A stretch of DNA of 64,000 nucleotides from Ginglymostoma cirratum. Lineage: Eukaryota. Below the pieces are notes generated by a model. It did not search any database and was not told the origin of the DNA. It was given only the letters and a program-made list of their open reading frames with translations. The DNA is taken from contig JAHRHZ010000019.1 of the NCBI GenBank assembly GCA_024137785.1, positions 32,220,019-32,284,018 on the forward strand, given 5' to 3'. A program made the translations under genes and the position numbers. Positions 12,891 to 26,300 of the stretch are shown one piece after another; position 1 is the first letter of the stretch, and each line of letters starts with the position of its first letter.

Positions 12891-13479
12891 ATGGGTACAA
12901 AACCATGCGCATTCAACCTCAGGGAATCCAATTATTTACAATAATATTTGCAAACTGTGGACTACTGCCATGTAATCAGATATCACAAATTAGATGCCAC
13001 ATGATCAAACCTCCAGAATCATGTTAAAGCAGTGGAAAACCTACTGCCATATGATGGAAAGGAAACCAGCCATCTGCGACCTGATGTTCTCTTGGCAAAC
13101 AAACAAACACAATCTCGTGTCTCCTCAGTAACTCGGCTGGAAACAGAGAAGTTGGGAGCTGCATATATCAAGCTGTCCCCTACCATAAACTCAACCCTGC
13201 AGTACCTATTCTGAACCGTCACAGCCAACAGTTGAATACCAGGACTAAATGTTACCTAATTTCCACACACCTATATTGTACTGGTACTTTAAACAAGACA
13301 CTTGGCTAGTGATCGGGAAAGGAATCAGTGGCCCAATTTTCCTTCATTAGCCAGCCTTGATGAATGAGGTCAATTTCCTCTGAATTAAATAATCTAAAAT
13401 AGACTGAAATAATCTCTCAAAAGGTCAATAATCTTTCGATAAGTACACATTTAACATGACATGCATTAAAGGAGGAACA

Positions 13480-16400
13480 AAAACCTTTCAACACCAAAAG
13501 CATTTATTTTGAATTTTGAGCTTTTTTTTATACATATAGTACATAGTACCAATTATACATGAATTCAACATATATTAACAGCCCATTTATTACAAGTATT
13601 CTCTCAAATACTGAAAGTATTCCTATTTTATAAACATTTCTACAGTGAACGTAAATACATGCTAAACGGTTTCATGAGAGGAGAATGCACAATAGAAGAG
13701 AATATGGTTAACTTAAAGTATTAATACGACAAGGAAAAGAAAAGAAGGTGTGCTCTCTGTTTCAACAATACATACGTTAGTTTCAAACTAAACAGAGTTC
13801 TTGCGGCTTTGTCAGATTTTCATCTATATTTGTAACAGGGTCAACAAACAATGGGAAAACAGAACAGTGTCACTTTCACAACAAACTGTGCTTAAGTTGA
13901 ATGGAAACAAAATTATCTGGAAGACCAAACATACACTAATGTTATACCCAAATTGCAGCACCTGCGTATTTTCATGTTTATTCAAGCATTAAAAAGTCTT
14001 CCTGTCTTGACTCTATGTAAAATAGAAAATCTCTAAAAATGGACCTTCCATTTTTCAAAGATGCAGTAATGCACAAGATTTTATCTACTACTTTTACCAA
14101 TACACAAACGTAGTTAATCTATTTCATATGCCAGTGGCGTGAGGCCTGTTAAACAGATTCTGTGGTGGTCTATTCTTCGCATGGAAATAATATCAACCTT
14201 CATTGATCTCAATAACACAGTCACAAAGAAACAATGGGTTTTAAGAAGCATCAAAATCTTTTCCAACAAGAGACGATATTGTAAGTAGTACTTAGTTGAA
14301 GAACAGTAAGGTTTAAGTGTTACTAGAACAGATATATTGCTAGGAGAACGAAACAGCATTATGATCCAGTAAAAGCTTGAATCAAAATTTAGAAAAACAG
14401 ATGTGTTAAATTTATATGGTGTACCTCAAACTCGAGTTTAAGATTTGAATACACTGCTGGATTTCAAGCATTGTATATATAAAATTTAGTAATATATGCA
14501 TAAAAACTTCAATAAGTAATTCATGTCAAGCTATGGAAAACAAAAATGGCTACTTTCAAAGATCAATGTAGAACAAGACAAGAAAGTGCAGTGTTAGTTG
14601 CAATGAAAATCATTGGAGGATATAGAGTTGATTCATTTATTCTCAGCAACACAGAGGTCATTAAAAAAAGTGAAGAAAATACATCCTTGTGTTCCTTTAC
14701 AACCATGGAGACACACAAGCCTGAAGACAAGGCAGGAAAAAAGAAACACGTGTGGTTCTTGAATCAGCAGACTGAGTTATTAACAAGGACTGGGCCTTGT
14801 AGGATTGGAATAAGTTAAACAAGAGGGAATACAAGAGGATTGGTATTGAATGGATAACAACAGGACAGTATTATAAACTAAACCACGACAGTTAGATTTA
14901 AGGGTATTTACTCAAAGTAATAAAAAGCAATTTAACTGACATAACTGAACGGATTATTAGTTAGGGTTGCAAGAGTGTGAAATTGATCTGAAAAAACTAC
15001 AGAAGCTGTGACATTCAAACAGTAGGATCACTCTGGATGAATAAACTGAACAGCTTTCCTTGTACATATCGATCTTCCAAAATAATCAGAATTGTGAAGA
15101 ACGAGAACCAGTATGTAGTAACAAAAGTCTAGGTGTCAGCACTGAATGCAAATGTCAAACAGTTAAAAAAAAAAACACTTCCCTGATAGACATGTTGGAA
15201 AGCTATGTTTCCACAGAATTGAATTTTCTAGGTTCTGACAAATTTATAAACAAAGTTAGCTAAAAAGCCATAAAATTTGTTATTTTCCTCAAACTTTATT
15301 CACAACGGAAAATCCAATTATTACATTATGCTTAGTGTTACAAGTCCAGAACCGATTTTTTCCTTATTTAATTTTGGATGGCTACAAAACAGCATTATTG
15401 AAAATAATTCCTAGTTAGCCATGTTTTGTGCTGAAGATTTCCATCATACCTTCAGCAGCTGCCTTTTAAATGAAACAGGATTAATTATTTCCCCTTTGTT
15501 TAAATTGTCCATCTCAGGAGGAAATACTTCACATTCATGAAAATTCCAGAAAAAAATACTGCAGCACAAGCAATCCAATAATAATGGCTTTACTGCTTCA
15601 CCCGGGACCAGAAGGACGTTTGTCAGATTCCTCACCTCCCCCACAAAATTTAAAGTAGTAACACACATGAAGATCATCTTTGTTCCGGTTTTACTCACAT
15701 TTTGAACACCAATTTTTAACTGTCAACAACTTAGCTGAAAGTGTCAAATGGTGTGTTTCCACATTTAAACTGTATGCTGGAGCTGTTAATAGGACCAGAA
15801 AGACCACACCGACGGCTAAAAGCAACAAAATATGTTGCTTATGTTCATACGCAAAATTAGTTTTAAATCAATAGAAATTAGTATACTTACAAACACTTGG
15901 GCATTCATGACATACACAAGAACTGAATCATACCCATATGTGACCACATTTTATGAAGACTAAACACAGTTTTTGAAGTATTAACACAATTAATTAGCTC
16001 ATTTTACCACATCCTCAACAAAAGTGTTTCATGAAGTTTGATAATTATGGAGCAAAATGCTCCATGATGCCGTGCAGACTGTCTTACTTAAAATATACAT
16101 TTAATCATACCTACTTCATTTTGTTTGAGATGCTTCTTTACTGGCTTCTACAAAGCACTGTATATTGGCCGAATAATATGTGCTTGAAACAATCCATGAC
16201 CAACTCCAGCCAAAGAATAACAGAATCATTGAGTTTTGCAAGGTACATGTTAACAAGCAGGTTCTGACTAAAGTCTGAAGTGAACATTTGATAAAAGGAA
16301 TGCTCCAGATAAGCAAAGACAAAAAAAAATTAAAACTAGGAGCACTTCCTCTTGGCTTACCATCATTCCTATTAAAAGTATATTTCAAGAAACCTCTAGT

Positions 16401-17215
16401 TAATTCTTGCAATTTAGAATAAAATCACCGAGTTAACTGCCCTGATTAGAGCCACTGCTTGCATACGACTTTTTTAAAAAATAAATTCATAGTAAACTGC
16501 ACATTATAAAATAGCTTTATATATCCTTTAAATACATTTTACAATATATTTTTGATAGCGCACAAATAGTAAGATCTTTAACACAAGAAGAAGTGGCAAA
16601 CTGCTTTTTTAGCTGACGAAAATCCTTCTTATTCTGGTGACCACAATATTCAAAGTTTGATTAGTTGACTGAAACCAGATGCACACCTTAAGAAAGCACA
16701 TTCACAAAATCGGTGTAAAGTGAATAAACTACTATGGAATCAAGACAAAAGAGAGGGAAAGCAAAAAAAACTTCCAATTGAAGGCCAGCAATCTTTTCCA
16801 CATTTGATCCGAAATTGTTCATTAGACATCACTAACTATAGAGCACAGAAACACACTTTGGATGTCCATATTGTATTACTCCAACACCTGATAAATAATG
16901 ATGATTAAAAAACGGCGGCTTTGAGGATGTGGGCTTTATTATCCCAAAATGTTCCACCTTCGTGGAGAAAATTTCAAGTGCAAATAAAGTGAATGACATC
17001 TCTTTAAAATACGCACTTCACATGCAATCCACATTTTCATAATAACAGGTGAACAGTTATGTAGTCTTTTTTAAAATCACTGTAATTCTGAAGTAAGTGT
17101 TTCAAAATGGGTGGCCTGAGGTGTACTTTATTAAACCTGATCCTCTGACTTCCTGCAAGAGGACTGTTTTTTGCTTCAGGATGTGCCAAGTGCCTACAGT
17201 TCTATTAGGAATTAA
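13480..17215 (-). other. UBR2: Probable long UBR2 3'UTR
   Basis: AU-rich with no recognisable transposon. Minus-strand AATAAA at 17127-17132, 16935-16940, 15295-15300, 13586-13591 and 13503-13508; the last is followed by a U/GU-rich tract. Confidence 0.55.
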
Positions 17216-17357
17216 TCACAAGTGCTGCCAGTCAATGCCAACTAGCGTCTGATTTGCTTCTTGTGCATGACCAATCTCCTCAGTGATGCTATGTTGCTGC
17301 CACAGTTTCTGCAGCTTCCTGTACCGCTCTTTGCAGAGATGAAGGGGATTCCCTCGT
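17216..17357 (-). CDS. UBR2: UBR2 last coding exon (26/26) [46 protein letters not shown]
   Basis: ttcag| acceptor; TGA stop at 17216-17218. Confidence 0.97.
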
Positions 17358-20300
17358 CTGAAAAATGCAATTCAAGTAAGATTACCGTTGTCAAGTATTT
17401 AGCTTTATACATTCACCTTCTTCACGTCAAGGAGAGAAAACATATAATGCTCAAGAAATAAGCAGTCATAGTCAGTAGTATCTGGGATTCAGTAAGGGAT
17501 AAGCAAATTCATTCACGTTGACGTTTGTGTAGAGAAAAAGTGGATTAATAACCATTTGACAAATTATTGAGAATTAGCCTTGAGAATCATGTTAAATATT
17601 GCAGAGATAAACTGCTAGAATGGGCGAGAATATTCACTAATTAGCTATAATTTGATGACTTGTAAGATTGCAGAAATGCTCAAAACAGGGCCACATGTAT
17701 TAAAAGAAAACTTTTCTGGCATTATGATCAAGAAACAGGTAGCCTAAATAGAATAAATCACACAGAATAATATCTGTACAAAAGATTACATGACAAATAC
17801 ATGCAGACAATCGTTGGAACATTTAATAAAAAAATCTGAACTGGTGTATGTTCTTTCACTAAAAAGTGCAGCCCACATTTGTATTAAAAAATATTTTAAC
17901 TTTTTACCTCAGTCCCTGATCTGTCTCTCCATAATCATCAAGGTAAGGCGGTGGATAAAAGCACCCTTTTGTTTTTCCAGCCAGGAACAAAATCTGGCTG
18001 TCTCGAACTCTGAAAATGTACAACAACCATAACAATGTTAAAACTGTACACAATTTAGTTTTTTTTTTTTACAAAGCACTGTATTTGGGTATCAATTTCT
18101 CATTCTTCTATTAATAAAGAATCAAATCATCAGATGCTCTTATAATTCAGTTCTCTGACCAAACATTACTGAAATGCTGCCTTTTGGAACACAGTTGAAA
18201 ACTAGGGTTATAGTGTCCTGAAGCAAAGGATTTCAGTGCTTCAATTCTGAATTAACTCCACATCACAATTACAATGATTCATACTTCACCATGATTGTTA
18301 CTTGTGGAACTGGTGAAGATGGAAGTGTCTGTTAGGGGTTACAACAATAAGATTAAGGTTTTAACTCACCGCAAAAAAATTCCAACTCCACAACCACAAG
18401 TGTAGGTATGAGCAGTACAGGCCCCAACATCTTCTCCTTCCAGTTCTGTTTGACAGCAGTAGCTCTGAGAACACAGCATTCCCCCACAGACCAAGCAGAG
18501 TGTTGGTGCCCGACTTTTATCCCCACCTGATTTTGGACATCTATTTCAAATTGTAAAGAAAAGTAAAAACTTTGGCACAGGTGACAATTAAGTATAAACA
18601 GATGAAATTCACTTATTGATACTTTGATGGGAAAGAATGTGAAATGTTATTTGCCCCTTGTAATGGGAATTGTCTGCTAATTCAGCATCATTTTATGATG
18701 CGCTGGTGTGATGTCAATTTTATTTGGAACAAGTCCCCACTTTACAGTTATTAGAGGGCTAAGTCTAAAACTATACGTGACATGTCAATGAAATCATATA
18801 CATCATCACAGGACGTGGTGCAATGTCACACTATGGTGCCTTTGCTTGCAGACTCGGAAAGAGATGAAGCCAGACATAAGATACTTCTTTTAAAAAAAGT
18901 TAGGCCTAGAAATTCCAGTCAGGGTCAGAAGTCCTATTCTCAACAACAAAAACAGTAGTTTCTGGAAAAGGTCGGCAGGTCTGGCAGCATCTGTGAAGAA
19001 AAATATCAGATTTAGCGTTTCAGGTCCAGTGAACCTTTGTCTGAACAATTCTCAACCCTGGTTAGATTAAACATTTCTGGGCAGAAACGCCAGTTAGAAC
19101 CGAGCCAGGAATCCTGAAATCCAGTAGTAGGGAAGGTTATTGTAGAAACCACACCCTCTTTTACAGCACTAAGTGCTGTACTCTTCAGATTAAGTGTCAA
19201 GCAAACACTGGCAGCTACTGTGAATGGGCAAGTATCTTAGGTAAGTGAAGGGGTTAGGGTAGCAGGTTGGTAAGGGGTTAGAAAGGCAGGGGAGTACAGT
19301 GTAAGGAATCAGGGTCAGTCATGGAGTATGGTCTGGCAGAAAGATGCATATTGGCTTGGATGATGGAGGGTGTTGGGGGCCAGTGCAAAGGATATGGGGT
19401 GGTGTTCAGTGTGCAGCCAGAAGTGCCAAGTGGATGATCTATTTTGGGTCCCTCCTGAAGTTCCCCCCATTACATAAATATCAATACATTGCTAAAAGAT
19501 ACTGGATACTGCAAAGGCTTGAACAACAAATCCACAATCGTATTGAAGACTTGTGCTCCAGAACAAGCCAGGCCACAAGCCATGATGTTTTCGTGCAACT
19601 ACAACAATGCCATCTAGCCAACTTTGCAGAAAATGCCCCAAGTACGTGCAGTGCATAAAAAGTAGGTTAAATCTAACTTGGCTAATTATTGCCCCATCTG
19701 TCTACTCTCAATCATTAGCAAAGTTTTGGAAGGATACTATCATGCAGCACTTACAAAGGGATAACCTGCTCACTGATACTCAGTTGCATTCCAGCTTCTG
19801 ACCTTATCACAGCCTTGGTCCAAACACAGGTAAAGAGCTAAACTCCATATTGAGGTCAGAGTGACTGCCCTTCACACCAAGGCATCATGTGACCATCATT
19901 TAAGCAAAACTACAGTCAATGGTTATCAGAGCAAAATCTTTGCTGGTTGTAGTTATACCTAGGAAAAAGAAAAATAGTTGGGGTTGTTGAAGGTCAATCA
20001 TCTCAGTCCAATGACATCACTGCAGGAGTTTCTCAGGATAGTGTCCTGGATCCAACTACCTTCCTGTTCTATTAATGACCGTCCCCTGTCATCAGGTCAG
20101 AGGTAGGGATGCTAGCTGATGACTGTATGACATACAGCACTTTTCATGACTCTGCAGGTTCTAAAGAAGTTCATGCCTAAATGCAGGAAGACCTGGATAA
20201 CATCCAGACTGCAATGATAAGAGGCAAGTAACATTTTTGCCTCACAAATACCAGGCAATGGCCATCTCCAACAAGATTAATCATTGACCCTTGACATCCA

Positions 20301-23300
20301 ATGTCATTACCATCATTGAATCCCACAATCTCAACATCCTGGATGTTATCATTTAATATGGTCTGAAATAATCCCTTAGATCTAATGGAATGAGGAGACA
20401 GGTGATGGATATATTAATAAACTGGTTGGGTTAGAATTGGTAGTTTGAATATGAGAGCTGGTATTGGGTGAGGTGTGTTTTATGGAGTGTGGCCAATTGA
20501 AATAAAGTCCTCACGTAAAAGCATGGGCACGAATTTTGTTAAAATGCTGTCCTCTTTCGGAGTATAACACTGGAAATTACAATTGTCCAGAAACTGAACT
20601 GGACCAGCTACGTAAATGCTGTGAGCACAAGAACAGGTCAGAAGCTAGGAATTCTGCAGCAAGTGACTCAGCTCCTATCTCCACAGTGCGTGTCCACAAA
20701 TCACAAGCATGATGGAATAATCTCCACTTGCCAGACTCAGTGCAGAAACAACACGCAGAAATCTGGATGCCAAGCAGGACAAAGCAGCCTGCATAATTAG
20801 CACCCCATTCATAATCTTCAACATTCACTTGTATCACCACAGTGCAGATGTACTGCAGCAACTCACTAAGGTTGCTGCTTTGACAGCACCTACCAAACTA
20901 GTGACCTCTATGACTTAGAAGTACAAGGCAGCAGATGCATCACAGCATCATGACCTGCGTTTCCTCTCTCAGTCCCACACTATCCCCGACCTGGATGTCC
21001 TTACATCCCAAGGACTGCATTCATTCAAGATGACAGTTGACCATACCTTCCCCAGTGTAGTGAGAAATGGGCAATAAATGCTGGCGTAGCCATAGATTTC
21101 CACATCCCATGGATGCATTAGGAAGAGTGCTCCTTGATGCTCAACAACACTTACCTTCACTTTATTTCTGGAATTCAGTTAATTATACGAAGCTAACCAA
21201 TTCTAGTAGAATTGAAACTCCGCATTGAGCAATGGGTTATGTGTAAGCAAATATTGCTCAACAATGCTTCAAATTAGCCCTTCCATTGCTGATGGGGTAA
21301 TAATCACAGGTAGAAATGGCCAAATTCAATTTTGTTGCACAAGGACTCACGGCCCAAACCTTCCAACAGCAAGATCATCATTGCAGCCAAGTAGACAGGA
21401 GCTGCGCATTAATACCATCCAGAAATCCTGGCCCAGCCAGCTCTATGGCAATTAATTGAAGCTGAAAACATCTACTGGAACCCTCCAAACGAATGTATCA
21501 ACTCTGACTGACAGTTTTTAGAATTAGAATTAGAATCAGAATCCCTACCGTGTGGAAACAGGCCCTTCGGCCCAACAAGTCCACACCGACCCTTGCAGCA
21601 TCCCACCCAGACCCATCCCCCTATAACCCACACACCCCTGAACACTATGGGCAATTTAGCATGGCCAATCCACCTAGCCTGCACATCTTTGGACTGTGGG
21701 AGGAAACCCACGCAGATACGGGGAGAATGTGCAAACTCCGCACAGACAGTCACATGAGGCAGGAATCGAACCCGGGTCCCTGGCGCTGTGAGGCTGCAGT
21801 GCTAACCACTGAGCCACCGTGCCGCCGTTGGAGATGTGTAATGGCTCTGTCTGATTTAGCTCAAGAGATTCCAGGGAAAAGTTCAAGGAATGAGTACGTA
21901 TTCACCTCACTATGAAGGTGATCCTCCTGACTCTTACTTCACCACTTCCCAACCCTTCACAGACACCCAACACCCAACACCCAACACCCAACCTGGACCT
22001 CACCACCAACCCCACCACACCCAACACTGACCTGACTTTGATCTGACACTGCCTCTACACCCATGTCTCAAGGGCAACCAAATGTTCACAACCCAACCAA
22101 CACCCTCAACTCTCCATGACCTATCCTATACGTGCAAATTTTCCTGCACTAAATCAGGTAGTGGAGCAGCTATGGCACTCAAATTTGGTACAAACTTGTG
22201 ATAGAAACCATACATGGACAAAAACCTCTTCATTTCCTGATGAGGTTTAGTGGCAGGGAACTCTACTAATGCTTGCCCTTTTCTGATCTTGGCAACATTT
22301 GTCTGTGCCCTTTTATATGCCCTACATCAGCTACACTCACCCTTGCAAGGTTTTGGCAAGATTTATTACCCAAAAGAATGGACCGAAATTTCCTAAGCAC
22401 AGCTCCAAATTGTTCAAAGCAGTCCTCCCAAGTTATTGAAGTATCTGGTTGAATCATCAAGCTTAGGCAAAAACATCACTGGAAAATTCTAACTATTTTG
22501 ATTTGGTAAAGAGAGGTGTTTTTCCCGTCACATACTGAACTGCTTTCAACTATGAAGGCTTCTCCGAATGCAAGAGATGCAACACTGCTAGCTAACCAGG
22601 CAGGATGTCATTCAATTTGAGAATTCTGTAGGCCTCCTCTGTTTCATTTTCACTATCCCTTTTGTTCTCCTTCTTTGCTACCTGACACATCTGAACTTGC
22701 CTATTCGCATCCTGGTGATGATATTGCTTCAACGTATTGATTTGACAGTCCTATGATTTAACTGGTGATCTGTGGTGTCAATCAGATTATTTAGTTCACC
22801 ACTTATTTTGACTACTCAATACGGATCATCGACCACACTTTCACCTTGTAAAAAAGCAGTAATACTGACATCTAAATCCCTGGTTGAAATGTTTGGGATT
22901 TGGCATGTTTATCTACCCAGATTTCTTGAGCTACCCTGCATGTTCCTGTGAGCCATTCTCAGGATACAGATAGGACAAATTTTCCATATGAGACTTTGTC
23001 CTTGATGGTTTTCTTTGATTAATTTCAGAGACCTCTTAACTCATCTCCATAGACCTAAAAAATGATTAAAACCAGTCAACTCATGAGGGGACTCTCATTT
23101 AGCGCACAAAAGAAATTCCAGTCATTGCCTCAATCACAAAGATATTCTGGCCGGTAAAAATGTCAACTTCTATATCATCTGTACAAGTCTCAGTAACTAC
23201 CAAAGGCATTTTCACATAAAGAGGTGCAGTACACCTGGTCTTTCCTATTATTGTTTTGTGTTAGGCATCATGAGTGAGCTGTCATTTGTATGTTACAAGA

Positions 23301-26300
23301 TGGGAGGGGCACACTCTTGCTCCATGGGTCACAATGTGAAATATAAATTATGTAACCAAGTCCTGGCATGGACAATCTTATGCCATCACTATATTATAGT
23401 TTGAATGAAAAGATCCATTAACCAGGTGTCTTCAATAAATATAAAATTAGCAATTTGTTATAAAACATCGCCCATTCAATGAAAATGCAGAATTACTGAA
23501 CACTATTTGCAAAATGAAATTATGAATGTTAGTTACAAATATAAATGATAAAATGTTAAATATACATGTGACCAATAAATAATACAAAGGCATACACTTC
23601 AAGTAAAAGGGAAAAGGAAAAGATTTCTCTCTGGAGTGATTCACTTAAAAAGCACTTTCTGGCCTTAACGGCATTTATTCTTAAGGTAAGAAAGGTAAAG
23701 TGTAGAATTTTTCAGTCTGTCATCCTACATTCTTGTACATACAGTCAAGTCTTTAACATTGCACCATTTCTCTCGGATCCTGGTAGATCCCACTTGTTCA
23801 GAAAGTCCAAAATTGTTAAGTTCTTACAGTCACTTCTCACTCTTCCAGAATCACAACCAGTTTTTACCCTCTTCTCACAGCAAAGGTGCCTCGAAAACAG
23901 TAGTTAAAAGCTGAGCAGCTTCTTCTGCAGCAGTCTTTCCCTAACTGAAAATCCAAATAAATATTTCAAGCCTGCAGGCACTGCCCAAACAGGATAGCAA
24001 TGAAATAATTAAAATAGTCATACGTTTTCCCTCATGTGAGTTTAAACCACCAAGACCAGCAAAATAACTACTGCGGTTTTCTATAAATGCTTTGTTTAGA
24101 AGTATGTTGCAAGGTGACTTTTCACTGAGCTTTTAAAAATGATCCCAGGATCTCCACAAACTCAAGACACAGAAACTATAACGCCTCTTCATAACAAGAA
24201 ACATTTAAATTGACATGTATTATGATATAGTGCATCATCCATTACCAAAGCAGGAGTCAATTTTCAATGACTGTTCATTTATATTTCATAGTTCAATACA
24301 AACTGCGGTCTGCTCTCTCCCCTTCTGAACTATTGGCTTCTACAATGATGGGGACCTCAGGTGTAAGGTGAAATAATTTATCAATTTGACACTTCTGGCT
24401 GAAAAGAGGTGAAAACATTTGAGCCTGTTGTTTTTTTTTAAATCACGTGCTATGCTCTGTCAATATTGAGGCTGGGAAAGTTCACGATGCCTCCCCCGGT
24501 AGTTGGTTGTCCATGACTGAATATGGCAAAATTGCAAAACTCCGATCTCATTTGTTGTTTGAGGAATTACTCAGCTCTGTCCATAACTTGCTGCTTCTGC
24601 TGTGAACGTACATGGTGTCCTATGCTGTAGTTTCACCGGGTTGACATGTCTCATTTAGATACACCTGGTGCTGTCCCGGGCATGGGCAGAGATGAGCAAA
24701 TTAAGCCTCAAAATAACTTTATAAAAGGTGCATGCAGCCACAAGAAAATCTCTCTGTTCTTATGGTTCAGAAGTTGAAATGTGGAGACAACTACTTTTCT
24801 TCAATCTTGTTCACAAACATCACGATAATAAACTCCACGACTTTCAGTGTAATTAAATCAAATTTCAGCAGCTCATGATTCAGTTTGCAACAGGTCATTG
24901 TTAGATCCAAATACAAAGATATTTGTATACTCACGTAAAACAAGATGCTCGGTTTATGAGGCAACTGTAATCATCAGGAAGTTCAATTAACTTGTTTGGC
25001 TCCCTAGGATAGCTGGAACAGGGGGTAAGCAGAAAGCAAAAGAAACTTAAAGAATAATAATATTTATTTGCCAATTTTATTCTATCTGATCACAAAGCCA
25101 CAAGGTAGGAGCCTACCTAATCGCTGTTCTCTCTCCTTTCACAAAGCTCTGCACTTCTGCAACACCACACCATCTACAATTTTAAGATTTTATTTTATAA
25201 GGATGTTATTTTCCATCAATCACCATATTAATATACACAAAGAATCTGTGATCGCATAACAATGAATTTACGGTAAAATTTAAAACATTTTCTAATGATG
25301 AAAAACAACTAACTCATCTTCAAAAGAGAAAGCAGATAACATTTTGAAAGAAAATTTTCATTGTCACTTGTAAAATATCATAACTAATAACTCAACTCAT
25401 GTTGAAGTTTCATGGTGGCATATGTTCTTCAGTTAAGGAAAGACCAATCATATAACATTTATTTCTGGATCACAAAACAGATTATTTATTCAACATAAAA
25501 GTATTTGTTGTTCATAAATTTTACCTTTGTATCAATGGCTCAATTGTATCATTCTCAGTTTTGAAAAGACTCATTAGATTTGTTGGGAGGGAAAGATAGC
25601 GGCATAACACTTCAAAGTGGTGTGGTCCATTCTCTGAAATTGAATAGAATCAGGTCCACTATCAAAGCCTTCTAAGCATATACATCTCAAATGCAATATA
25701 AACATCTCGTATCATAAAAGCTTCCATTATTTTGAGAAGTTTTTCACAGAGTATTGGAAAATATAGGATGATTATGGCTTTGGTACAAATAATCGAGTTG
25801 CATAAATTACGATAAAGAATTAAATGTCTTCTGTATTTGAGTTAGTAGTGTTTTTATTTTGCAGTAAAGGATTAAAAAAGAGAATATGGATATTTGGATT
25901 CTGGAGTTTTAGACGTGGAGAAATATTTTGCAATGCTTATCTGAGAAAAGGTGAAAAATGTGTTTTAATACTTGGAAGAAAGGCTTGATCTCAAAGTGCA
26001 GAAGTTCGAGCAAACTACTACAAGATGTAATTCATATTTGGAAAAAAATTACCTTGCAGTTCAACTGGAGCTGGAACGTTATTGAGATAATGAAAGAACA
26101 AGGCAGAACATCGTAGATAGGGTATTATACCAGTCTTGATATATTGCCACAGGTGCCAACCTGAGGTCATTGAATTCAAGGCACTAATAGGGAGATTAAA
26201 AAAAGGACCGTCAACTCTTTGAGAAGTTTTAAAAAAATGCACTTTGAACAGTTTAGTAACATATAACATTGTGCTCACGATGTAATCAAATCTCAACTCC

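Noticed and set aside
19249-19281. Telomere-like gggttagggt
   Set aside because: Only one or two units in a G-rich tract
21740-21826. tRNA gene (A and B boxes)
   Set aside because: It is the tRNA-derived head of an HE1 SINE, continuous with the SINE body
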